Shown: positions 36,512 to 49,474, numbered from the whole stretch's first letter. The stretch: DNA of 63,538 bases, filler included, from Craspedostauros australis (GCA_030167865.1; 15 parts of 15 records of this genome joined end to end with filler, not necessarily neighbours in it), one strand, 5' to 3'. The notes: generated by a model from the sequence alone, not told the origin. A program made the numbers and translations.

Positions 36512-36768
36512 GACAGGACCACATTTCCGCACTAATAGTTCCAGTGGACTGCCCCTGCCTCTCGTGAAGCATAGATACGAACGCATGCGGATTGGTTCAT
36601 CACCTTGCACATCGCAACTGAAGATACGACATCCGACTCTCTGCGAACATACAGTGCCGATACAGTGGCAAAGATCACAAACTGAGACCGGAACTGGCAC
36701 GTCAAAGTTGACATCCACAAGGCCGTTCCGCAATTTGGACATCCACAACGACCGAATCGACGATCGCA

Positions 36769-38649
36769 ATGACATCAACGCCAACGATGACGACAACGAC
36801 AACAATGACAACAACGACATCATCTCGCGTGCCGCTGGCCGACACACCCCGGTCCAACATGCTGCACAAGAACAGGACGAGCAGCACGAAGAGCCTCAAC
36901 GATCCATCGACCAACATGTCAGACACAGACTCGCTCACCGACAGCGGACTCTCCGATGCCCATCAACATGGTTATGCCTTCAACTTCGACCGCGCTGGAA
37001 TCGTTGGGCGGGACAAGGAGAAACGGGTGCTGTCCAATGCCATCAATCAGATGCTCAACAGAAAGCGAACCACCCAAGGCACGCGAAGTCTGGATAGCAC
37101 CAGCATCACCACCAGCAGTAGCAGCACCAGCAGTCAAAGCTTCACCTCCAAACACAACAGTGAAGATGAGATGCATCACAAACAACAACGTCGCGGGCAN
37201 NNNNNNNNNNNNNNNNNNNNNNNNNNNNNNNNNNNNNNNNNNNNNNNNNAACATGCTGCACAAGAACAGGACGAGCAGCACGAAGAGCCTCAACGATCCA
37301 TCGACCAACATGTCAGACACAGACTCGCTCACCGACAGCGGACTCTCCGATGCCCATCAACATGGTTATGCCTTCAACTTCGACCGCGCTGGAATCGTTG
37401 GGCGGGACAAGGAGAANNNNNNNNNNNNNNNNNNNNNNNNNNNNNNNNNNNNNNNNNNNNNNNNNNNNNNNNNNNNNNNNNNNNNNNNTGTCCAATGCCA
37501 TCAATCAGATGCTCAACAGAAAGCGAACCACCCAAGGCACGCGAAGTCTGGATAGCACCAGCATCACCACCAGCAGTAGCAGCACCAGCAGTCAAAGCTT
37601 CACCTCCAAACACAACAGTGAAGATGAGATGCATCACAAACAACAACGTCGCGGGCAGCGCCATCGCACAAGTCTCAAGACAGTATGCTTCATCTCGGGA
37701 CCATCAGGAAGCGGCAAGTCCGCACTCGCCATGCACTACAAGCAGCACTGCCTTGACAACTTCGCCTTCTTCATTTCTGGCAAGTTCGATCTCCAGCAGA
37801 TGGAGGAACCATACGCGGGCATCAAGAACGCGATGGGCCAGCTGGTGGAGCAGATCATGGCATTGCCTCAGGAGGATACTCGTATGGCTGATGCGGCAGT
37901 GGATGATCCGCGAAGATTCTCGACATTGCACCAATCGTTGATTCGGTGCCTGTCGTCGAGGGAGCTCAAGACTCTATACAAGATCATTCCAGGTCTACTT
38001 GAGATGATGGTCGGCGAAGGCGCCAGCAATACAATTGCAGATCGACAGAACAAGGACCACGACCTCCAAGAAATTAGCGATGGAGATGCGAGCACATCAT
38101 TGCATGGCATTCGTGAGCAATCTCTGACCAAACAGTCATCGTTCACGAGCGCTTCCACCTCAGGATCGGCTGCTCATGGACTCGATCTATCCGCTCAACC
38201 ATCAACAGCCACAATCACAGAAGGATACAAAGCAAAGTCCGATCGAATCAAGCACACGCTCAAGCGATTCCTTCGGATCGTCTGCAATCACAGCCCGCTG
38301 GTGATCATGATGGACGACATCCAATGGGCTGACAAGGCATCGATCGACATCATGCAGACATGGGCNNNNNNNNNNNNNNNNNNNNNNNNNNNNNNNNNNN
38401 NNNNNNNNNNNNNNNNNNNNNNNNNNNNNNNNNNNNNNNNNNNNNNNNNNNNNNNNNNNNNNNNNNNNNNNNNNCGAGAGAGATCCATCCGTGTCCTTGA
38501 CATCCCAATCCAAGATCTACCGTTGCAGAGCGTCCGCCATCTTCTCATCGAGATCCTCCTGCCCAACAATGACGACGACGTGAACGGTCTTGCTGACATT
38601 GTGCACCGCAAGACTGGAGGCAACATCTTCTTCATGAAGCAGTTCCTCG
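36769..38649 (+). CDS. STAND-class AAA ATPase, N-terminal part; paralog of 4673-7637
   Basis: IVGRDKE, Walker A GPSGSGKS, FISGKFD...PY, Walker B MMDDIQWAD and KTGGNIFF; 37250-37599 duplicates 36856-37199 in two pieces across gaps. Confidence 0.88.
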
Positions 38650-39332
38650 NNNNNNNNNNNNNNNNNNNNNNNNNNNNNNNNNNNNNNNNNNNNTTAATTA
38701 ATTAANNNNNNNNNNNNNNNNNNNNNNNNNNNNNNNNNNNNNNNNNNNNACATATTTATGTCTAATCAAGTACCTAGTCTTGCCAATTCCGACATAAAAA
38801 GTAAGCTTTTCTCCTTTTCCGACAACTCCCTGCGAACTGGCGCACACAACAACGAGAAGAAGGAACAGAACACGACACACCCCCACAACATCGCTGTTGC
38901 GAACACGAGAACACCACAAATGGGAATCGTCGATTCTCGCTTCACCACTTTTGCACGTGCAGAGATGTTCCCAATTCCACGAATTCTGTGTGTCAATGAA
39001 GTACTTCATTAGCTTCTTTCATGAGAAGGACNNNNNNNNNNNNNNNNNNNNNNNNNNNNNNNNNNNNNNNNNNNNNNNNNNNNNNNNNNNNNNNNNNNNN
39101 NNNNNNNNNNNNNNNNNNNNNNNNNNNNNNNNNNNNNNNNNNNNNNNNNNNNNNNNNNNNNNNNNNNNNNNNNNNNNNNNTATCCCCCAAGGAGTCCAAT
39201 CGGCAACATGGTTGCCTGAGAACCGCACATGGAATATGCGCGATGCGTTGTACTACTACGAGTACGCATGAAGGCGGTGGATTGAACGATCGTGTTCCCA
39301 ACAGGTTTGACCAGCAAGTCATCGGCGCTCCT

Positions 39333-39937
39333 TGTCAAAGTGCACAAGTAACTACTGTAGACGTATTGGCCTGTTGTTGTGTGCCCTGGTTGGAGCTCTT
39401 GTTCTTTTATTGTGAGTTGTCCGAAGACAAACCCCCGACCAGTATTTGTGACTAATATGATTAGTAAAGAGGTAAGAAGGTACAGAGAAAGTTGNNNNNN
39501 NNNNNNNNNNNNNNNNNNNNNNNNNNNNNNNNNNNNNNNNNNNNNNNNNNNNNNNNNNNNNNNNNCCAATGCCTTGGTGAGCATATCAGCGAAGTTGTGG
39601 ACCGATGGGACGTGTACTGGAACCAGTATCCCGGCGCCGACGGCCTCACAGACTCGATGGAATGAGATGGCCACATGCTTCTTTTGCAGGCTGTCTGCGA
39701 TGGTCGTGTTCGAGATTACCGCATTGTTGTCACAGAATGTGACTGTGGGTGATTTGATGCGTACTCCCAGCGATCCGAGCACGTATCGTAGTGCAATGAT
39801 TTCCTCCGTCACTGATCGCATAGCGTTGNNNNNNNNNNNNNNNNNNNNNNNNNNNNNNNNNNNNNNNNNNNNNNNNNNCCAGTATTTGTGACTAATATGA
39901 TTAGTAAAGAGGTAAGAAGGTACAGAGAAAGTTGCCA
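39333..39937 (-). mobile_element. Candidate short (~165 bp after collapsing duplicates) 3' LTR, family E
   Basis: Starts TGGCAAC after ATCAAGGGGCG at 39937; 39879-39934 repeats 39439-39494; contains AATAAA; candidate end ...TTTGACA at 39333. Confidence 0.5.
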
Positions 39938-40403
39938 CGCCCCTTGATCTTGAGGTAGACCCGGATAGAAGAGAGCGGTGACAAGAAGTGTTAGTTGCAG
40001 CCTCGCCAATGCCTTGGTGAGCATATCAGCGAAGTTGTGGACCGATGGGACGTGTACTGGAACCAGTATCCCGGCGCCGACGGCCTCACNNNNNNNNNNN
40101 NNNNNNNNNNNNNNNNNNNNNNNNNNNNNNNNNNNNNNNNNNNNNNNNNNNNNNNNNNNNNNNNNNNNNNNNNNNNNNNNNNNNNNNNNNNNNNNNNNNN
40201 NNNNNNNNNNNNNNNNNNNNNNNNCGTATCGTAGTGCAATGATTTCCTCCGTCACTGATCGCATAGCGTTGAATTCCGCGCCGTACGTTGACGTGGTAAC
40301 CGATGTTTGCCTCTTGCTTGTGAAGTACACAGGGGTCCTGCCAAGGAATAGTATGATCCCAGTGTTGGATCGCCGTGTGACGAGATTGTGTGCGTGGTCC
40401 GCA
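39566..40403 (-). CDS. CoDi-type copia RNase H fragments (overlapping duplicated contigs)
   Basis: ADHAHNLVTRRSNTG, KRQTSVTTSTYGAEF, CDNNAV, KKHVAISFH and NFADMLTK. Confidence 0.9.
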
Positions 40404-42151
40404 NNNNNNNNNNNNNNNNNNNNNNNNNNNNNNNNNNNNNNNNNNNNTTAATTAATTAANNNNNNNNNNNNNNNNNNNNNNNNNNNNNNNNNNNNNNNNN
40501 NNNCCGTTGTACAGAGCCTTGTTCGTGGAGAAAAGGTTCACCGCCATCTTGGGTGTGTACTTCACATCATCGAGTCGGATGATGTGGTCAGTGTTGTCTC
40601 GCTGCTTGACCTTCAAGCGAATGGATCCCATCTTGGGAGAATCCAGCTTCGTGCTGTCTCCCACTTGGACGAAGGACTTGATGTGCCGCACGTTGAAGAG
40701 AGCGACGTCTGAATTGACGATGTGACACGAAGCTCCACTGTCGGCGAGCCAGGTGTCCTTGTTGACCTTGTCCTTGTACTTGGTGCTCAGCTCGTGGAGC
40801 TGCTCCACAGCTGCCGCAGCTATCTCGTCGTCGAAGCTGCCGTCATCGTCGTCTTCGTGAATTCCGTCTTCGTTGTACGGATTATGATGATCTTCAGTTT
40901 CGTCACTGTCATCTTCGTCGAAGATGCCCGATCTGTTGTTCCCTGCCGCTGGAGGAGGCGGTGCTGCGCCGCCGTTCGTTTCGTTTCGGCCTCTATCGTT
41001 GTCGTTGATCTCGTCGTTGGCCTCTTCGCTCATGGCCTCTTCGATGTCGCTATCGTTGGCCTCGCTGCCCATCTCAGCTTCGTCACCGTATGGACCGATC
41101 AGGTCGTGCGCGTTGAAGCAGCATTCGTAGCTCACTTCGCGTCTTGGATCCACCTCGTGGATGATTGGCTCCTCNNTGAGCCACTCCGGGACGATCTCAT
41201 CGTCCTGTACTTCGTCGTCACTCCCGACGTACTCGAAGTTATCGAAGAAGGAGTCTTCGATGTAGTTGTCGGACACCAACATGCAGAGCGGCATGTCCTT
41301 TGCCGAGAGTACCATCTCGTGCCCGCTCTTGTCGTGTCCTTCCGTTGCCGTATTGGCTTGTTCGTTGGCCTTCTTGTTCTCGTTGAACTTCTTCTTTCGG
41401 CACTCCGCCTCGCGGTGTCCGAAGATGCCACAGTAGNNNNNNNNNNNNNNNNNNNNNNNNNNNNNNNNNNNNNNNNNNNNNNNNNNGACGACGTGTTCAT
41501 AGGGATTGAACGTATCGTTTGGACGGTCCTCAGCTTCGTCGCTGTCCTCTTCGTCGAAGATGCCCGTTCTCTCGTTTCGCGCTACTGGGGGAGGCGGCGC
41601 TTCACCGTGGTTCCCCTTGTCTCTGGTGACATCGTCGTTGTCTTCGTCTGCGCCGTCTTCGTCGGTGTCTTCGTCGTCTTCGCTCATGGCCTCCTCAACG
41701 TCGATGTCGATGGCTTCGTTGCCCATCTCAGCTCCGTCGCCGTATGGACCGATCAGGTCGTGCGCGTTGAAGCAGCATTCGTAGCTCACTTCGCGTCTTG
41801 GATCCACCTCGTGGATGATTGGCTCCTCGTTGAGCCACTCCGGGACGATCTCATCGTCCTGTACTTCGTTGTCACTTCGGACGCACTCGAAGTTATCGAA
41901 GAAGGAGTCTTCAATGTAGTCGTCGGACACCAACATGCAGAGCGGCATGTCCTTTGCCAAGAGTACCATCTCGTGCCCGCTCTTGTTGTGTCCTTCCGTT
42001 GCCGTGTTGGCTTGTTTGTCGGCCTTCTTCTTCTCGTTGAATTTCTTCTTTCGGCACTCCGCCTCGCGATGTCCGAAGATGCCACAGTAGTTGCACTTGC
42101 TGTTGAAGCCACTTCCCTTGTTGCGGTTGTTGTTGCGTTTTCTGTTCATTC

Positions 42152-42235
<84 letters not shown>

Positions 42236-42258
42236 NNNNNNNNNNNNNNNNNNNNNNG

Positions 42259-42340
<82 letters not shown>
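42152..42340. repeat. (AAC/GTT)n microsatellite encoding poly-Asn in Gag
   Basis: About 28 units on each side of a 22-N gap. Confidence 0.95.
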
Positions 42341-42342
<2 letters not shown>

Positions 42343-43313
42343 TTCTTGTTTTTCTTGTTTTTCTTGTTGTTCGATTTCTTGCGTTCTGGGCAATTGGCAG
42401 ATCTGTGACCATACACACCGCAGTTGTGGCAGGTCCCCTTGAAGTTACCAGTGCTCGTGAAGCCGGTGTCGTTGCTCTTCGTGTTGCTGTCTTGGAAATC
42501 GTCGATGTACGCCTTGCCTCCTTGATGAGTGGCGTATGCTGTGCAGAGTACTCCTCTGATTGCGTTGATGGTAACCAGTTCCGGATTGAACGTGAGTTGG
42601 TGTTGGAAGTTCACGATGTGAGTTCTGTACTTGTTGCTCACCGTGCTGAGGATTTGCATGATCATTTCCTCGTCCGTGATCTCGTACTTGACATCATGGA
42701 GACGCGATTGTAGACCCTCGAGTTGCGTGATGTAGATGTCGGGGTCCGTGTCTCTCTTCATCTTTTCGTTGTTGAATTGGCGCTTGAGTTTGATCTTCGT
42801 CACCGCGTTGGATGGACGGAACTTCTCCGCGAGAACGTTCCACGCTGCGTGTGGATCCCCCTTGGAGTAATTGTCGGAGATGCACTAATTGATGTATTGA
42901 ATGGCCTGCTTGCCCTTTCCCTTCTCTGCATCCATCATGAGGATCAGATCGCTGAAGCAGTCGCCTGCCAGCTCGTAGGTTTCCTCCAGTGCTTCCCTGT
43001 CTGCTTCGGTGGCTGCTGCAATCTCGCTCATTGTTGGGATCTTGGTCTTGCCCAACATCACATCTCTCGTCTTCTGTGCACGAGCGTATGCCTTCGCTTG
43101 GGACTCCCATGCGCTGTAGTCTNNNNNNNNNNNNNNNNNNNNNNNNNNNNNNNNNNNNNNNNNNNNNNNNNNNNNNNNNNNNNNNNNNNNNNNNNNNNNN
43201 NNNNNNNNNNNNNNNNNNNNNNNNNNNNNNNNNNNNNGTTGGTGCGCTCGCGCCCTTGATTTCCGTCTGTTTCTGTGTTGTCACTTTTTCGAATTTCGCT
43301 TGTTGTTGCGTGG

Positions 43314-43997
43314 AGTTGAGATTCAATGAGGGACAGTCTATTACCGAACACGGTATCAACCCGATGGGAGAAATTCTTGTGTTGGCGCAAAATCTTCCGA
43401 CTTGATTGACCACCAAATCTTTTCTCCTCCTTCCTCTCCTCCATTCACGAATCCATCATGACTCAAACCTGACCGACCTGACTCACACCCCACCTGGGAA
43501 CTATATGCTCTTCAGATCCTCCTTACTACAACATACCTCGATTCCTCCATGCTGATGACCACCACACTACCACCGTGGTCTCAACATGCGTATCCAACTT
43601 GCTTCAACCCAAGCAATGGAATCCGAGGGTCAGCTTCAGCCACAGTCACTGCTTCATGACCGTCACCACTAGGTGTCATGACCTACACTGCAGTGTGACT
43701 ACATGTGCGGAGAGCAAAGCACTGTAATGATTGTCTACTCTGTTGCACTGAATCAAGTACATCAGTGCAGGGTCTTGCCAAGTTGTGTGGCATCGTTTCT
43801 TCACCCTACTAACACCAATAAGCTAACTCATAATAACAGACAAGGATTAGCTACAAAGCACTCTACTACTCATCGTTACAGTTACAACTCTTCAATCAGT
43901 ACACCTCTCTTGAACTGCATCACATGGCTATCCCGAAGCCGGCAGATTCACGAGGCATCCTCCACCGATTCGCGATGTCTACGCCCGAATCCTAACT
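43314..43997. mobile_element. 684-bp non-coding insertion with AGTT...AACT termini and 5-bp TSD CGTGG
   Basis: CGTGG at 43309-43313 and 43998-44002; ends AGTTGAGATTC / GAATCCTAACT (9 of 11 inverted match); removing it restores ISTQQQAK, colinear with ISALTRAK in the paralog near 63170. Confidence 0.85.
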
Positions 43998-44394
43998 CGT
44001 GGAGATTGTTTTCGTCACAAATTCTCCTCCTGATGGTGTCTCACTTTTCTCACCCTGTTTGGCTGTGCGAATGCTCTTCGTCACACCAGTCTCCTCTTGC
44101 TTGGCCGCCTTGAGAATCCTCTTCTTCTCGCGGTGTAGTCTCGCAGACCGTTCTTCTTCGGTCTCGTTGATTGCGCTTGCCTCTGTGCCTGATAGGACAG
44201 TAGCCGCAGCTGCTTCCTTCTCTTCTCGTGGTGGAGTCTCATTCGCACCTTCTTGTCTCTTGATAGTCGGGTTGGACAGAGGGATGTCTCTCAATTCCTC
44301 TTCCTTGCTCATTCAGCCTGCTGCTCTTGAATGACGCTCGTCTTCCTTGCACGATCCGATCCATGGGCTCGCCCTGATCTATTGTTTATAAACG

Positions 44395-44906
44395 TGTTAG
44401 CAAGTTCCGTGATTGGTAACCTACGATCGTGGAAGATGGTGTTGATTGATAGTTGTCTGTTTGCTATTTCATTACTTGGCTACTCCGATCCTCTTGGTGT
44501 ACGCCTGTTCTCTTGCCCAATGCTCTCGGTGGTTCAATTTGTTTCATAGATTCAGTCTCCAACTATGAGTCGGTGCGCGAGATGCTCTCTCGCTCCTCTC
44601 TGTATTCTCTCTCTCTCTCTCAACATTGTGTGCTCGTGCTACACGATACTCCGTGTTTAATGCGTACTCCGCATTTGACACTCCGTTCATTCAGTACTGG
44701 TTCCTACTTCATGAGTACTCACCATTTGAAGTTCACCTTCTGTATCCATGATGCTGATGCCCTTCGGTCATTGGATCTTTGCCTTCTGCTCTGACTTGGA
44801 GACAGATGTCGATGTGGTGACATGATGACATCCTGTCAACGTCAGTAGGCGTCCTTCTGCTCTCCAGATGTCATGTTCCATTGGTGATGCAGCAGTCTGT
44901 CAGATG
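44395..44906 (-). mobile_element. 5' LTR family A, truncated at its outer end
   Basis: Homologous to 540-1033; ends ...CTAACA 82 nt before the gag ATG. Confidence 0.85.
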
Positions 44907-47215
44907 GAGGAATGAAGAGTGAGGAAGAAAAAGGCAAGCGAGCTCGCGAGCAGTATTCCAATCAGACACACAGGAAAAAATGCAAGAACAGCGACCAGCA
45001 ACTACAAGATGAAGTGACACAGACACAACAAGATTCCAATGGAGATGGAGATGAAGGCTTCAAAATGCCATGAGCAACCTGTGGGCGGAANNNNNNNNNN
45101 NNNNNNNNNNNNNNNNNNNNNNNNNNNNNNNNNNNNNNNNGGACTAGAATGCGTGTCCTGTGCGCGAAGCTCACCCGAGTTACCCCAGGTCGTGTCCGTG
45201 TGTGAACCGATTCACCTCAGAGAAAAAGATCACACGAGTGAAGGACAATATGCCAGGAGATGACACAGACAGCGACGAAATGAGGGTTGGACACAACCAT
45301 GGTGCCAACTACGATGGTCTCGCATTAACTCGACAATCTCTAAGCGCATATTATCAGGGTCCGTCGGGTGTGCTTCTTTTTATTCGACCAGCACTTCATT
45401 GTGTGGTTTTATATTTCCCCCGCAGCTTCTGAGGGTGGCTGAACGACAAAAACAGAGCGTGCCGTGCCTGTGTTCGGGCTGAATCCTTTCCGGTCGGAGT
45501 AGTACTATGTGTTGGTACGAGTGGTCGTACTTGCAGGGCTACTACTCGATGGATCAACGCGGGTGCTTCTTCCTCCTTTGTGGAACAGGAGGCTCCTCCT
45601 TTTCGGGCGAGCGGTTGTGTCTCTGTTGCTGGTTGGCCCCCGTTATGTCTTTTGTCTTCCCTCTGTGTTCCTCATTCGCTCTCTCTGTCTCCCCTCTGTT
45701 CCACCTCTCCGGTGTGATGGATTTGGTCACAACTCCTTCACTCGGTAGGATCTCCGATCCACGGATGCAAACAACACAAATCACAACAACAAGAACCACG
45801 ACGATGTTGTGACCAACATGTGCCAGCAACTGGAGTACCTCCTGCGCCAGCTTTTTGGGTGGCGATGAGTCGGGCTTTTTTAGTGTTTTCTCGTATCCGT
45901 GTTGTGTTCCCGTTCTGCAATGTGACATCAAACACACTAATTACGAATCGTCTTTGATTCTGTTGTCCGACGAAGCGGTGCATCGGCAGAAATTATTTTT
46001 CCGTGCATCCGAAAAAAAACCGTTGGAATGGTCTTCGGATCGAATTGGTCAAGACCGTGTGTGGCGCGAAATGCCGTCTTCGCTCAAACGCGTACCATCC
46101 GTAGTACGAGCCATGTTGGAGAGGGTAGGATTTTATACTACTCCACTCAACTCTACTCCATAGTATTGGTACTCGCATGCAGTACTGCGACGGAGAGAAG
46201 CTGCAGGCGGTTGCGATCTGGCCAGGGGATTCCTCGCACGGGTTGGCTCAGGTTGACGAAAAGTCAGCGACGGTGACTGCAAAGTGTTGGTCGACTCGCT
46301 CCGGGGCGTACGCGGAAGAGCTACAGTGCACATGTCTCTCCAACTCTTCCTCCAAGCAACTACTGCAGCCATCAGCATCGACGGCATGAACTCCCTCGTT
46401 TGTTTTGGTGAGGTAGTTGACCTGATAATGGTGTTTTGAACATCACTGTGTGCCAAGCCCAGACAGCAGCGTCTGGTAGGTTCGCACCGCAGTTGTTGGA
46501 ATCTCCAGGATGATGTTGTTAGCGAATGCGCATACTCCACGAGTACACAAAGGGAGACAATGTCACCAGTGAAGAAAGCAATTGGACAATGATGAGAATA
46601 TACCGTTGCTTCGCACGTTCGGAGGCTCAGACAATGGACGTTGGCCCTTGCGTGTGGAATGAGAGTCACCCAAGAGTGCTATTGTCGAGTAGAGTAGCAG
46701 GTTTTAGTCGATCCACTGTTGACTATCGTATGACCCGGGTTCAACAGGATCGATGGATATTCCCCGATGATTCCAAATTGCTGCCTCTTAAACTTCACAC
46801 ATCGATAGCCCTATATGTGAGGACCCTACACAACCCTCAAGACNNNNNNNNNNNNNNNNNNNNNNNNNNNNNNNNNNNNNNNNNNNAGTTGGGTCATCGC
46901 GCCGGCCGGCCAAAAGATTTTCTCGCGATGCTCCGTGGTAAGATATTTAGCGTCTTCTGCGACACCGTTGAGATCGGCGGCAAACATGGTGTTTAGATCC
47001 CAAACACGTTCAAACCATGGCAGGATCGGTATTTGGACGTCCCGTCCATGGTGTGCTCGACGTCCCCCCTATGCTGTGTTCGACGTCGCACCCATGGTGT
47101 GTTGGATGTCTGGTGNNNNNNNNNNNNNNNNNNNNNNNNNNNNNNNNNNNNNNNNNNNNTTAATTAATTAANNNNNNNNNNNNNNNNNNNNNNNNNNNNN
47201 NNNNNNNNNNNNNNN

Positions 47216-47404
47216 AATCATGTTGTTGCGCTTGGTATCGTACGCGGTGTGATGGCTGGGTGACAGCCAGCTGACATCGACCTCGTCAAGTCCACATTCA
47301 ATGAACCATTCCGTCGTCTGCGTGCTGAAGACGGAGATGCAGGACGCCCCCTCCTGAAGACACAGACGTTCCAGGTAGCCAAGCATGGCATCACTGAGTC
47401 TTCG
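47216..47404 (-). pseudogene. Degenerate fragment of the C-terminal GNAT domain of amino-acid N-acetyltransferase (ArgA/NAGS-like)
   Basis: DAMLGYLERLC...VFSTQTTEWFIECGLDEVDVSWLS...YDTKRN resembles the ArgA C-terminal T.T..WF..RGF...LP..R...Y...RNS pattern, but conserved residues are altered and the upstream part is unrelated. Confidence 0.55.
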
Positions 47405-49474
47405 TTTTAGTTCGCACATACCGTTTCCTCGATGAGCTGGCCTCGGACAGGACAAGTTTAGAATACTCGACGAGTTGAACAACGAGAACGCAAGTGCACT
47501 CGTATGAACGTCTGGACNNNNNNNNNNNNNNNNNNNNNNNNNNNNNNNNNNNNNNNNNNNNNNNNNNNNNNNNNNNNNNNNNNNNNNNNNNNNNNNNNNN
47601 NNNNNNNNNNNNNNNNGAAGTACGAGAACGCACAACTGGCAAGGCGCGGCGCAGCGCAGCACAGGATGCAAACGATTGTTCCACGACCGTATTGTAACGT
47701 GTAAAGATGTACTCTTAATTCATTATCTTGATGGCGCTTCCGGATCACATCGACATGTGGTGATGCGATGTGATCGAGATATCTTCTTGTTGTTGGCCTT
47801 TCTGTCCTCCGTCTGTTCTTCAGTGTTTGTGTGCCAGCATGTGTTCGTGCGAGTACACACACACATGTGTGTGCGGCAGGGAAGTGGAATTCTCCTCATC
47901 CATTCTCTCCGCAGAACGACGACGCTCTTGTTTGGTGACGATGTGCGATGGATCTCAGCGTGCTTGGGGTACCTGCCATGCCTTGTTGTACCTGCTCTTG
48001 TGTCTGCAATTTCTGAGATGTGCTGATCGGCGCCCCGGATGTGAAAAGATCATCGTTGGACATGTGCTCACATGGATCGAAAAATTCCGTGGCACTGCTG
48101 TTGTTGTCGCTGTTGTCGTTGTTGGCCTCCATGCTTACTTCGTTCATGATCATTTCATGTGAATCCCTGATCCATCTCACTTCCGTCCTGCAAGCTTCTG
48201 CCATNNNNNNNNNNNNNNNNNNNNNNNNNNNNNNNNNNNNNNNNNNNNNNNNNNATTGTTCCACGACCGTATTGTAACGTGTAAAGATGTACTCTTAATT
48301 CGTTATCTTGATGACGTTTCCGGATCACATCGACATGTGGTGATGCGATGTGATCAAGATATCTTCTCGTTGTTGGCCTTTCTGTCCTCCGTCTGTTCTT
48401 CAGTGTTTGTGTGCCAGCATGTGTTCGTGCGAGTACACACACACATGTGTGTGCGGCAGGGAAGTGGAATTCTCCTCATCCATTCTCTCCGCAGAACGAC
48501 GACGCTCTTGTTTGGTGACGATGTGCGATGGATCTCAGCGTGCTTGGGGTACCTGCCATGCCTTGTTGTACCTGCTCTTGTGTCTGCAATTTCTGAGATG
48601 TGCTGATCGGCGCCCCGGATGTGAAAAGATCATCGTTGGACATGTGCTCACATGGATCGAAAAATTCCGTGGCACTGCTGTTGTTGTCGCTGTTGTCGTT
48701 GTTGGCCTCCATGCTTACTTCGTTCATGATCATTTCATGTGAATCCCTGATCCATCTCACTTCCGTCCTGCAAGCTTCTGCCATCTCCATTTTCAACGTG
48801 ACTTTCGTCATCGTCAATGTCAACATTGGCAATGTCGCCCAAAAGATTTTGTTTGCCCGCATTATCACTGATGTCATCATCTTCCTCCTCTCCGCAAAAG
48901 TCCGCGTCGATGTCGTAATCTCTGGATCGGTTGGACGTTCTGGCATCAAGATGATCATGCGTTGATCTGCGAAGAGTGAATCCACCTCTCAGTAGTCCAG
49001 AATATCCGACATGGTTCCTTGCTGGCGACCTCGTCGCGAGAGATTTGATCTGATTCAGCGTGAAGCGAACTGGAAGCGCGAGCGAGCAGTCGATGAACAT
49101 CCCAATCTTGCGCGACCATACAATACCTCACTTTGGCTGCTGGACGGGCCTCATTGGCCTCATGGTCCTCCTGCTGTGCTTCCTTCAGTCTCCGCTTGAG
49201 GATCTCAACCTCGGTATGAGGTGTTTGGAACCCATGGCGGGGGAGTTGTGCAGTTGCGCAGTTGAGTCATGGGAGATCTGTGAGAAAGGAAAGCGAGGGA
49301 ACATGCGGCACAACTGAAGAAGTGAATGGAAGAGTGCCAAAATCTTGAAAATAGAATGGGAGTTCGGTCGACATNNNNNNNNNNNNNNNNNNNNNNNNNN
49401 NNNNNNNNNNNNNNNNNNTTAATTAATTAANNNNNNNNNNNNNNNNNNNNNNNNNNNNNNNNNNNNNNNNNNNN

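Larger units (their letters stand above)
40504..44312 (-). pseudogene. Copia family A gag-protease, disrupted
   Basis: ATG at 44312; two CCHC knuckles (CHNCGVYGHRSANC, CNYCGIFGHREAEC); protease WLADSGAS; premature TAG at 42885-42887 (CAG in the paralog); 684-bp insertion at 43314. Confidence 0.9.

Noticed and set aside
40722..42713. 663-aa poly-Val ORF on + (also the poly-Leu, poly-Gln and poly-Thr ORFs here)
   Set aside because: These are antisense or alternative-frame shadows of gag and the AAC microsatellite.
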